Shown here piece after piece: positions 25,956-34,672 of a DNA stretch of 64,000 nucleotides. The notes under the pieces were generated by a model that saw nothing but the letters and a program-made list of their open reading frames with translations, was not told the origin of the DNA and searched no databases. The stretch is from Actinomycetes bacterium (GTDB lineage Bacteria; Actinomycetota; Thermoleophilia; Solirubrobacterales; Solirubrobacteraceae). Location: assembly GCA_023404805.1 (NCBI GenBank), contig JAEYAL010000156.1, positions 6,298 through 70,297 on the forward strand, in the 5' to 3' direction. Positions within the stretch are counted from its first letter, which is position 1, and each line of letters begins with the position of its first letter. The position numbers and the translations under genes were made by a program.

Positions 25956-27446
25956 ATGAGTGGCACCGCGCCGAAGCCGAAGAAGGACAACGACAAGAAG
26001 CTGGGCAAGGCCGGCAAGAACGGCAAGGGCAAAGCGACGTCGTCTGAGGCGGTCCGCAAACTCCTCGCGCCGGAAGCCGCGTTGGCGCCGCTCGCCCAGG
26101 AGCGCGCCGACGCCGGCGCGAAGCTGGCGACCGAGGTCGAGCGCGGCTGGAACGCGGACTGGGCCGCGCCGGCAGGCCGGAAGGACCCGGTCGCCATCCT
26201 CGAGGGCGAATCGGCGCAGCGGATCCAGGAGCTCATCCCGATCCGGTACGGCCGGATGCTCGCGTCGCCGTTTACGTTCTTCCGCGGCGCTGCCGCGATC
26301 ATGGCCGAGGACCTCGCGCCGCTGCCGACGAGCAACCTGCGGGCGCAGTCCTCGGGCGACGCGCACCTGCTCAACTTCGGCGTGTTCGCGGCCCCAGACC
26401 GCCGCCTCGTCTTCGACCTCAACGACTTCGACCAGACGCTGCCGGCGCCGTTTGAGTGGGACCTCAAGCGACTGGCGGCGAGCTGCGTGATCGCCGCGCG
26501 CGACGTCGACGCGGGGGAGGAAGTGGCGCGCTCAGTGGCCGCGGCAGCCGTCGACGCCTACCGCTGGGCGATGTGGCGCTACGCGTCGATGCGCCACCTC
26601 GACGTCTTCTACGACCGGATCGAGGTCTCGGAGGACCTGCCCCGGCTGCGGCAGTACGCCGACAAGGCGACCCTCTCGCGGATGCGCAAAGACTTCGCCA
26701 AGGCGCAGACGCGCACGAGCGTCGCGTCGCTGGAGCGCTTCGCCGAGCGCCTGCCCGACGGCCGCTTCCAGCTCCACGAGGAGCCGCCGCTCGTCGAGCG
26801 CCTCACGGGCCATCACGTGCTCGACCTCGTGAAGGAGGACTTCGAGCGCTACACCCGCACGCTGGACCCCGAGAAGGCCGACGTCATCAACCGCTACCGC
26901 TTCCAGGACGTCGCGCGCAAAGTCGTCGGCGTCGGCTCCGTCGGCATCGAGGCCTACATCATCCTGCTCGTGGGCGACCGCGACGACGACCCGCTGTTCC
27001 TCCAGCTCAAGGAGGTCAAGGAATCGGTGTTCGCGCCCTACGCCGGGCCGAGCATCTACGAGCACCAAGGCGAGCGCGTCGTGCGCGGCCAGAAGGTCAT
27101 GCAGACGACGGGCGACGTGTTCCTCGGCTGGCTGAACCACGCGGGCGACGGCAGCCCGGACTACTACGTCCGCCAGCTGCGAGACAAAAAAGGCTCGGTC
27201 AAGATCGAGCGGCTCAACCCGTCGGGCCTGCGGCTCTACGCCGAGGAGTGCGGCGCCGTGCTGGCCCGCGCCCACGCGCGCTCCGGCGATGCTGCGACCA
27301 TGGCGGGCTACCTCGGGACCGGCCGGGAGATCGTCGAGGCGTTCACCGAGTTCGCCGTGCGCTACGCCGACCAGAACGAGCTCGACTACCAGGCGCTCCT
27401 GCAGGCAGAAACCGACGGCCGCATCACGGTGCAGCGCGGCCTCTAG
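25956..27446 (+). CDS. DUF2252 domain protein
   Basis: The internal ATG is at 25956. LIPIRYGRMLASPFTFFRGAA, GDAHLLNFG and NDFDQT motifs are characteristic of DUF2252. Confidence 0.75.
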   Translation: MSGTAPKPKKDNDKKLGKAGKNGKGKATSSEAVRKLLAPEAALAPLAQERADAGAKLATEVERGWNADWAAPAGRKDPVAILEGESAQRIQELIPIRYGRMLASPFTFFRGAAAIMAEDLAPLPTSNLRAQSSGDAHLLNFGVFAAPDRRLVFDLNDFDQTLPAPFEWDLKRLAASCVIAARDVDAGEEVARSVAAAAVDAYRWAMWRYASMRHLDVFYDRIEVSEDLPRLRQYADKATLSRMRKDFAKAQTRTSVASLERFAERLPDGRFQLHEEPPLVERLTGHHVLDLVKEDFERYTRTLDPEKADVINRYRFQDVARKVVGVGSVGIEAYIILLVGDRDDDPLFLQLKEVKESVFAPYAGPSIYEHQGERVVRGQKVMQTTGDVFLGWLNHAGDGSPDYYVRQLRDKKGSVKIERLNPSGLRLYAEECGAVLARAHARSGDAATMAGYLGTGREIVEAFTEFAVRYADQNELDYQALLQAETDGRITVQRGL

Positions 27447-27530
27447 GCCGCGCGCGGTCGCGCGGCAGGGGCTCCGCCTGGCGCCCGCTTGGCACCGCCG
27501 GCCGCCAGCCTGGCGACGTACGATGGGGCG

Positions 27531-28709
27531 GTGAAGGTCTCACGGCGTTCGGCCGTTCCCCCGTTTGCCGTCATGGAGGTGCTCGCCGCAGTCGGCGAGC
27601 GCCAGGACGCTGGCCTCGACGTCTTCTCGCTCTGCGCTGGCGAGCCTGGCGGGGGCGCGCCAGCTGATGTGCGCGCGCTGGCGGCCGAGCTGCTCACCTC
27701 GGGCGCAGCGCTCGGCTACACGGCGGCGCTTGGCGTCCCAGCCCTGCGGCAGTCGCTCGCGCAGCACTACGAGCGCTGGTACGGCCTCAGCGTCGACCCG
27801 GCGCAGGTGGCGATCACGACGGGGTCGTCGGGCGCGTTCGTCCTCGCGTTCCTCGCGGCGTTCGAGCCCGGCGACCGCGTGGCGCTCGCCCGCCCGGGGT
27901 ACCCGGCCTACCGCAACATCCTCGCCTCGCTGGGGTGCGAGGTCGTCGACATCCCCTGCGGCGCGGACACGCGGTACCAGCCGACGCCCGCGCTGCTGGA
28001 AGCCGCTGTCGCGGACGGCGGCCCGCTGGCCGGGCTCATCCTCGCTTCGCCGGCGAACCCGACCGGCACGATGGTCGACCGCGACGAGCTCGCGGCGCTC
28101 GTGGGCTGGTGCGACGCCTCCGGCACACGGCTCGTGAGCGACGAGATCTACCACGGCATCACCTACGGCGAGGACTCCGCGACCTGCGCGTGGGAGCACG
28201 GCTCGTCGGCGATCGTCGTGTCGTCGTTCTCCAAGTACTGGGGGATGACCGGTTGGCGCCTGGGATGGGCGCTGCTGCCGGAGGACCTCGTCGCGCCCGT
28301 CGACGCGCTCGCTGGGAATTTGGCGCTCTGCCCGCCGGCGCTGGCGCAGCATGCGGCCGTCGCGGCGTTCACGCCCGCCTCGTACGCCGAGGCCGAGGCC
28401 GCGGTGGCGAGCTACCGGGAGCACCGCGCGCTCGTGCTCGGGCGGCTGCCGCAGCTCGGCTGGGGCGCGACCGCGCCCGCTGACGGCGCCTTCTACGTCT
28501 ACGCCGACATCGCCGCGCAGCTGGCCGCCACCGGGTCTGCCGACTCGGTCGCGTGGTGCCAGCGGCTGCTGGATGAGACCGGCGTGGCGCTCACGCCCGG
28601 CACCGATTTCGATGCCGTCGGCGGAGCGCACTGGGCGCGGCTGTCGTTCGCGGCCGACCGCGCCGTGATCGAGCAGGGGCTAGACCGGCTCGCGGCCTGG
28701 CGGCGGTAA
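27531..28709 (+). CDS. pyridoxal-phosphate-dependent aminotransferase, class I/II
   Basis: ASPANPTG and the SFSKYWGMTGWRLGW PLP-lysine motif are present. A GTG start at 27531 is proposed. The ORF track starts at 27489. Confidence 0.85.
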   Translation: MKVSRRSAVPPFAVMEVLAAVGERQDAGLDVFSLCAGEPGGGAPADVRALAAELLTSGAALGYTAALGVPALRQSLAQHYERWYGLSVDPAQVAITTGSSGAFVLAFLAAFEPGDRVALARPGYPAYRNILASLGCEVVDIPCGADTRYQPTPALLEAAVADGGPLAGLILASPANPTGTMVDRDELAALVGWCDASGTRLVSDEIYHGITYGEDSATCAWEHGSSAIVVSSFSKYWGMTGWRLGWALLPEDLVAPVDALAGNLALCPPALAQHAAVAAFTPASYAEAEAAVASYREHRALVLGRLPQLGWGATAPADGAFYVYADIAAQLAATGSADSVAWCQRLLDETGVALTPGTDFDAVGGAHWARLSFAADRAVIEQGLDRLAAWRR

Positions 28710-28732
28710 GCGCCAGGCGCGAACGCGGTACG

Positions 28733-28933
28733 TCAGCCGACGATCTGGACCTGCGTCGCCGAGAGGCCCTTCGGACCTTGCTCGGTCTCGTAGGACACCT
28801 TCGCGCCCTCGGGCAGTGTTGCGCCGTTCGGCAGCGCAGAGTGGTGGACGAACAAGTCCTTGCCCTTTTCGTCGGGCGAGATGAAGCCGTAGCCCTTCTC
28901 GTCGCTAAACCACTTGACGGTTCCTGTAGCCAT
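28733..28933 (-). CDS. cspA: cold-shock protein (CspA family)
   Basis: MATGTVKWFSDEKGYGFI carries RNP1 and DLFVHHS carries RNP2. The protein is 66 aa. Confidence 0.95.
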   Translation of the reverse strand: MATGTVKWFSDEKGYGFISPDEKGKDLFVHHSALPNGATLPEGAKVSYETEQGPKGLSATQVQIVG

Positions 28934-29058
28934 GAACCGGCCTCCTTGCGGGTCCCGCGACTCCTGCGGCGGGAACGTCCCGCCTGTGGAGAGGTAAACG
29001 GTGCGCGACCCGCCGCGGACTCTACTGACGGGCGCGCGCTCGGGGGCTGACCTCGCGG

Positions 29059-29703
29059 CTACGGCCGGGCGCCCGCGTCCGCGCCGACGCCCGCATCGGT
29101 CGCCAGACCGAGGAAGAACAGCCGCAGCATGGTGCCGAACAGCTCGTCCGGTGTCGTGTCGTCGAGCAGCTGCTCGATGGCCACGCCGTGGGCCATGGCA
29201 AACGTCATCCGGGCGACGAGGTCGGGCGGCACGGACGGGGTGATCCCCGCCTCAGCGACGCGCCGCTCGAAGATCTCGGTGACGCCGGCCCGCAGGCGGT
29301 CGGTGCGGTCGACGAAGTCGCGCCGGAACTCCTCGTGGCGCGCGGCGTGCGAGGAGAACTCCAGGAAGAGCCGGCACCAGTCCGCATCGCCGCGCAGCGC
29401 CTGGATGAAGTCGAGGCCCACCTGCTCGGCCTGCGCGGTGATCGCGTCGCGGTTCGACGTCAGCCGCTCGATCGCGGCGAGCCGCTCGGCGAAGTGCAGG
29501 TCGAGCAGGTCGAGGAACAGCGCCTCTTTGCTCTTGAAATTCGCGTAGAACGCGCCCTTGGTGCGGCCGGCGTCGGCGGCGATGTCGTCGATCGAGGCGC
29601 GGTGCAGGCCCTTTTCGGCGAACACGCGCATCGCCGACGCGAGCAGCGCATCGCGGGTCGCGGCTTGCTGCTCCTTGCGGGTCAGGCGTGGCGTTGCGCT
29701 CAT
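29059..29703 (-). CDS. TetR-family transcriptional regulator
   Basis: The internal ATG is at 29703. ATRDALLASAMRVFAEKGLHRASIDDIAADAGRTKGAFYANFKSKEALF is the TetR helix-turn-helix. The start overlaps the P450 stop. Confidence 0.9.
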   Translation of the reverse strand: MSATPRLTRKEQQAATRDALLASAMRVFAEKGLHRASIDDIAADAGRTKGAFYANFKSKEALFLDLLDLHFAERLAAIERLTSNRDAITAQAEQVGLDFIQALRGDADWCRLFLEFSSHAARHEEFRRDFVDRTDRLRAGVTEIFERRVAEAGITPSVPPDLVARMTFAMAHGVAIEQLLDDTTPDELFGTMLRLFFLGLATDAGVGADAGARP

Positions 29704-31049
29704 GCCGCCATTGTCGCGAGCGGCGCCGCGGCGGGCTGGCGCCGTCCGGCGACCCGCACGAGCGTGCGGTCGCCCGGCGTGAGCGTGATCAGCCGGCGGG
29801 CGACGCGCTCTGGGGCCGCGTTGACGGGCTGAAGCTCGAGCTGCTGCACGATCGCGGGGAGGACCTGCTTCATCTCGTAGAGCGCGAAGCTCGCGCCGAG
29901 GCACCGCCGGATGCCACCGCCGAACGGGATCCAGGTGTAGGTGCCCGGCTTCTGCTCCAAGAACCGCTCAGGCTTGAACGCGTGCGGATCCGGGTAGACC
30001 TCGGGGTTCGTGTGCACGAGGTGGATGCTGCAGGCCACGCGGGTGCCGGCGGGCAGGTGGTAGCCGCCGAGCTCCACGTCGGCTTGCAGGTCGCGCACGA
30101 CGACAGGGAGGACTGGCCGCAGCCGCAGGGTCTCGCGGATCACGGCGTCGAGGTACTCCTCCTTGCCCTCGTCGAGCTCGGCCCGCAGGCGCGCGAGCTT
30201 GTCGGGGTGGCGGATCAGCCGCTCGATGGCCCAGCTCAGCGAGGTGGCCGTGGTCTCGTGCCCGGCCACGAGCAGCGTCATCAGCTCGTCGCGCAGCTCC
30301 CGGTCGGTGAGCGGCTTGCCCTCCTCGTCGCGGGCGAGCATCAGCAGCGAGAGGATGTCTTCGCGCTCGGCGAGATCGCCGGCCTGCCGACGGCGGGCGA
30401 ACTCGGCGAAGAGCGCTTCGTCGGCAGGGGCGAGCATCTTCTTCACCCAGCCGATCTCGCGGAACTTGTAAGGCCCGACGGCCGCGAGCGCCACGAAGGT
30501 CGTCGGGTGCATCACCCGCTCCAGCAGCGTGAGGAGCAACGCGCGGACGTGGTCGAGCTCCGCGCCCTCCTCCATGCCGAACACGGCGCGCATGATGACT
30601 TCGAGGGTCACGTCCTGCATGCGCGGCGCGAGCTGGAGCTCCTCGCCGACGGGCCAGGTCGCGACTTCGCGCTCGGCCGCCTCGCGCATGATGTCGCCGT
30701 AGCGGGCCATCCGCTCGCCGTGGAAGGCGGGGAGGAGGAGCTTGCGCTGGCGCATGTGGTCGGCGCCGTCGAGCAGCAGGACCGAGCTGTCGCCGAGCAA
30801 CGGCAGCAGGATGCTGTTGGCCCGGCCCGCGTGGAACACCTCGGGGGAACCGGTGAAGACCTGCTTGACCAGTTCGGGCGTCGCGACGACCACCCACGGC
30901 TTCTCGTCGGCGATGTGGACGCGGAAGACGTCGCCGTGGCGCGCGTGCTGCTTCGTGAAGTACGGCAGCGAGCGCGTGAAGAATCCGAGCGCTTGGACCG
31001 GCCGCGGGGCGCGTGGTCCGGGAACGGTCGTGGCAGTGGCGGCGGGCAT
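29700..31049 (-). CDS. cytochrome P450
   Basis: The internal ATG is at 31049. AGHETT is the I-helix motif and ETLRLRP is the ExxR motif. The haem loop is FGGGIRRCLGASFA. Confidence 0.95.
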   Translation of the reverse strand: MPAATATTVPGPRAPRPVQALGFFTRSLPYFTKQHARHGDVFRVHIADEKPWVVVATPELVKQVFTGSPEVFHAGRANSILLPLLGDSSVLLLDGADHMRQRKLLLPAFHGERMARYGDIMREAAEREVATWPVGEELQLAPRMQDVTLEVIMRAVFGMEEGAELDHVRALLLTLLERVMHPTTFVALAAVGPYKFREIGWVKKMLAPADEALFAEFARRRQAGDLAEREDILSLLMLARDEEGKPLTDRELRDELMTLLVAGHETTATSLSWAIERLIRHPDKLARLRAELDEGKEEYLDAVIRETLRLRPVLPVVVRDLQADVELGGYHLPAGTRVACSIHLVHTNPEVYPDPHAFKPERFLEQKPGTYTWIPFGGGIRRCLGASFALYEMKQVLPAIVQQLELQPVNAAPERVARRLITLTPGDRTLVRVAGRRQPAAAPLATMAA

Positions 31050-31096
31050 GGCGTCTCCCAGTGGTCGAGCGGCTGGCGGCAGTCGCGTACTGAACG

Positions 31097-31108
31097 GTAT
31101 CCGGATAC
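31097..31108. promoter_or_regulatory. perfect 12-bp palindrome, candidate TetR operator upstream of the P450-tetR operon
   Basis: GTATCCGGATAC lies 48-59 nt upstream of the P450 start. A third half-site, CCGGTAT, lies at 31112-31118. Confidence 0.45.
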
Positions 31109-31263
31109 TGTCCGGTATGCAAGCGGCGGGTTCCCGGGCCTCCCTTGCCCCGGCGGGCGGCTGGAGACTGCCAGTGTCAAAAATGTCGCTGCTATTCACA
31201 CAAGTGGTGTCAGATGCGCTACGCTCTGTGGCGCGTGTCACGGACGACCCGCGGCTCTGTCCC

Positions 31264-33117
31264 ATGAGCGGCTCGCCACCCCGCCGAGCTGGAGGTCTCT
31301 TGCCCCGTCTATCCACGCTGCTTCGCCGAAGCGCATTGGCCTGCGCCGCCGCCGGCGCCGCAACGAGCTTCGCCGCTGCGCCCGCGAGCGCCGCGACGCT
31401 CACGGCCGACTCCGAATGCCGGACGCCAATGGCGAGCATGTCGCTCCCGACGCTGACGGTCTCCGGCAATGTGCCGGCTTCTGCCGACGTGGGCACCGTG
31501 ACCGCGCCAGTCCAGCTGAGCGTGAAGCTCGCCTGGCCGCCGGCGCTGGCGCTCCAGGTGATCTCGCCGGGGTACAGCGTCCGCGGCGAAATCAACCTGC
31601 GGGTCAAGGTGACAAGCCCCAGCGGTGCGAGCGAGCTCCGCACGGTCAGCGCCCCGATGACGCCGATCGACATCACGGAGCGGCCGAACTCCAGCTACAC
31701 CAGCTATCCGTTCATCGCGGCGGGGACGCTTCCGGCGCTGACGTTGTCTGAGCCGGGCGCGACCCGTATCGACATCGTCGGATTCAGCCAGAACGTGCGG
31801 TTTGAAACCGAGAGCGGGCTGGTGCGGGGGCCCGGGACCGATTTTGACGGCGCTCCGGTCGCCGACTCCGACGGCGACCCGGAGACCTCGGACATCCCCT
31901 GTCGGCTCCGGTCGAGCGGCGGCGTGGCGAACCTCGCGACGATCAACGCGCAGCCAGCGGTCTGCCCGCCGGTGATCCTGCCGCCGGAGGCGCCGGTCGC
32001 GCAGCCGTTCCAGCCCGGCGACATCACGGCCGGTTCGGTGCACCTGCGCTGGACCCAGCCGCCGACGCCGCGGTGTGGTTCGCCCGCCGCGTCGTTCCGC
32101 ATCGACAACGCGCCGCGTGCGATCAGCGTCCCGGCGACCCAAAGCGACGTCGTGATCGACCGCCTGCAGCCGAACACGAACTACTCGTTTGACGTCGTGG
32201 CCCTTGACCAGTCGGGCTTCTCGTCGCAGCCCGCCAGGTTCACGTTCAAGACTGCGCCGGCGATCTGCACGGCTGACCTGAAGCCGCCCCCGACCCCGGT
32301 CGCGCTGCCGCTCGGCAACGCCGACATCGGCTCGACCACGGTGACGCTGCGCTGGCAACCGGGCGACGAGGGCGTGTGCCCGACCGAGGACCTCACCTCC
32401 TACCGGATCACCTACGGCGACAAGACCATCACCGTCCCGGCGACCCAGAACACGCTTCAGGTGACAGGGCTGACGCCCGCGACGGCGTACGCCTTTGAGA
32501 TCCGCTCGGTCGCCGCGACCGTCAGCTACTCGCGCGCGCCGCTGGTCGTCAACGTCACGACCGACCCGGTGGCCTGTCCGCTCAGCAGCGGCGGGTGCTC
32601 AGGCCCCGCGTATTCCTACAGCCTCGCCGGCACGACGACCCTCAAGACGCTGACGAAGGGGACGCTGCAGCTGAGCGGGGCGATCAAGGCCCAGCTGACG
32701 CTCGCCACCGGTGCGGTCAGCGCCGACCTGACGCTCAACGACACCTCGGGCCGCCTCGTCGCGGCGGGCTTCCTGCCGGTTACCGCGAAGGTCGGCTTCG
32801 CGCCGTCCGGAAAGACGACCGGCTCGCTCATCGACGGCGTGCTCAAGACCAACTCGAAGGTCCGGATCAAGGTCAAGGAGGTGAAGCTGTTCGGGGCGAT
32901 CCCGCTGGCTGGCGGCAACAACTGCCAGACGAAGAACCTGTCCGACATCAACCTGCAGTCGACGCAGCCGGAGTTCCTGCCGCTGACCGGTGGCCCGCTC
33001 GCAGGCACCTACAAGATCAGCGACCTCAACGGCTGCGGCGCGCTGAACGGCCTCGTCTCGCCGCTGACGGCCGGTGGTGGCAACACCATCGCGCTGAACC
33101 TCACGCCGCTGACGTAG
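31264..33117 (+). CDS. secreted multidomain protein with two fibronectin type III-like domains
   Basis: The ATG at 31264 starts a signal-like N-terminus ending in ASAATL. There are two FN3-like units (ITAGSVHLRWTQP...NTNYSFDVVALD and IGSTTVTLRWQPG...TPATAYAFEIRSV). The N- and C-terminal domains are unknown. Confidence 0.7.
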   Translation: MSGSPPRRAGGLLPRLSTLLRRSALACAAAGAATSFAAAPASAATLTADSECRTPMASMSLPTLTVSGNVPASADVGTVTAPVQLSVKLAWPPALALQVISPGYSVRGEINLRVKVTSPSGASELRTVSAPMTPIDITERPNSSYTSYPFIAAGTLPALTLSEPGATRIDIVGFSQNVRFETESGLVRGPGTDFDGAPVADSDGDPETSDIPCRLRSSGGVANLATINAQPAVCPPVILPPEAPVAQPFQPGDITAGSVHLRWTQPPTPRCGSPAASFRIDNAPRAISVPATQSDVVIDRLQPNTNYSFDVVALDQSGFSSQPARFTFKTAPAICTADLKPPPTPVALPLGNADIGSTTVTLRWQPGDEGVCPTEDLTSYRITYGDKTITVPATQNTLQVTGLTPATAYAFEIRSVAATVSYSRAPLVVNVTTDPVACPLSSGGCSGPAYSYSLAGTTTLKTLTKGTLQLSGAIKAQLTLATGAVSADLTLNDTSGRLVAAGFLPVTAKVGFAPSGKTTGSLIDGVLKTNSKVRIKVKEVKLFGAIPLAGGNNCQTKNLSDINLQSTQPEFLPLTGGPLAGTYKISDLNGCGALNGLVSPLTAGGGNTIALNLTPLT

Positions 33118-33247
33118 CGTCCTCGCGCGGCTTGCCGCGGAGCTGTCGCTGCCAGGCCGGCGGCAGCTCCGCCGGGCCGGCCACCGCGCTGCGCGGCGGT
33201 GCCGGGGTCGGCCGTGACCAGGGCCCGGCGCTGTGCCCGTCTGCGGT

Positions 33248-34408
33248 TCAGCGGCTCACGATCGCCGTCGCCATGCGGCGGACGGTCTCGCGCAGCAGGG
33301 CGGGGCTCGTCGCGAAATTGAGGCGGACGTGGCCGGCGCCCGCGTCCGGGTCGTAGTTGCTGCCTGCCGCGAGCGCCACGTCGCCCTGCGTGAGGAGGAA
33401 GTCGGCCGCCTCGCCCGGCAGCGCATAGGCCCGCAGGTCGAGCCACGCGAGGTAGGTGGCCTGAGGCGGCGACCAGCGCGCAGCCGGGAGATGCTCGGCG
33501 AGGAGCAGGCCCAGCTCGTCGCGGTTGGCCGCCAGCTGCGCGAGCACCGCGTCCAGCCAGTCGTCGCCGCTGGTGAAGGCCGCCTCGGACGCGGTCACGC
33601 CGAGGAGGCCTGCGTGGGCGCCGATCGCTGGCAAGCCCCGGACGACGGCGTCGGCCTCGGGTGAGGCCGTCACGATCAGCGCCGCCTTGAGCCCCGCGAG
33701 GTTGAACGCCTTCGACGCCGAGGTGAGGACCACGCCACGCCGCCGGGCCGCGTCGGACACCTCATGCCAGGCGACGTGCCGGGCGCCCGGCAACACGAGC
33801 GGCGCATGGATCTCGTCGCTCAGCACCCACGCCTCGTGGAAGTCCGCGAGCTCGGCGACCGCCTCGAGCTCGGCGCGCGGGAGCACGCGGCCCGTCGGAT
33901 TGTGGGGACTTGCAAGCACGATCACACGAGCGCCCGCGCGCAGACGCGCGTCGAGCGCGGTGAGGTCGAGCGAGCCGCTGGCCAGGAGCGGAACGGCCAC
34001 CGGGCGCAGCCCGATCGCGGTGGGCGCGCTCCAGAACGGGGGGTAGGCGGGGCTGGCGAACACCACTTCGCCGCCCGGCCCGGCGAGGGAACGGGCCAGC
34101 TCCGTGAGCGCCACCATCACGTCAGGCGCCAGCGCCATGCGCGCCGGGTCCGGCGCCCAGTCCAGTCGCCGCTGTGCGAAGCGGGCGAACGCGTCAAAGA
34201 GCGAAGCGGGGGCCCTGAGCGGATAACCGAAGTCGTGTCGCTCGACCGCCGTTCTCAGCACTCCGGTCACGGCCTCTGCCACCGGGAAGTCCATCTCGGC
34301 GACCGTGGAGGCGAGGACGTGCGGCGAGTGCTGGCTCCACTTCTCGGAGCGGCGCGCGGCGAGCTCGGAGAGCGGCGCCACAGTGAGGTCGATAGTGCGC
34401 GCAGACAC
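33248..34408 (-). CDS. PLP-dependent C-S lyase / aminotransferase, MalY-PatB type
   Basis: The GTG at 34408 gives VSARTIDL.... EKWSQH...VAEMDFP, SPHNPTGRV and the SASKAFNLAGLK PLP-lysine motif are present. Confidence 0.8.
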   Translation of the reverse strand: MSARTIDLTVAPLSELAARRSEKWSQHSPHVLASTVAEMDFPVAEAVTGVLRTAVERHDFGYPLRAPASLFDAFARFAQRRLDWAPDPARMALAPDVMVALTELARSLAGPGGEVVFASPAYPPFWSAPTAIGLRPVAVPLLASGSLDLTALDARLRAGARVIVLASPHNPTGRVLPRAELEAVAELADFHEAWVLSDEIHAPLVLPGARHVAWHEVSDAARRRGVVLTSASKAFNLAGLKAALIVTASPEADAVVRGLPAIGAHAGLLGVTASEAAFTSGDDWLDAVLAQLAANRDELGLLLAEHLPAARWSPPQATYLAWLDLRAYALPGEAADFLLTQGDVALAAGSNYDPDAGAGHVRLNFATSPALLRETVRRMATAIVSR

Positions 34409-34672
34409 ACCGCGGAGCCTACGGGGGGACGGGTACCCACGCTGGTGGTACGGGCCGTTTGGGGCGGTTCTACGTCGTTCCTCCCCGATTTTCCTCAAAG
34501 GCCGGGGTGTTTTAGGAGTTTTTGCCCGTGGGATGTCTGGAAACACCGCAGCGCACCGCATTTCAGAAGTGGACAACTCGTTCCGTGGGCAGTCCAGCAG
34601 ACCTAGCGTTCGTGGCGCACCGAACACCCGCTCCGCAGCCCGCGGTGCCGCCGATCTCGCTGCTCTCACGAC

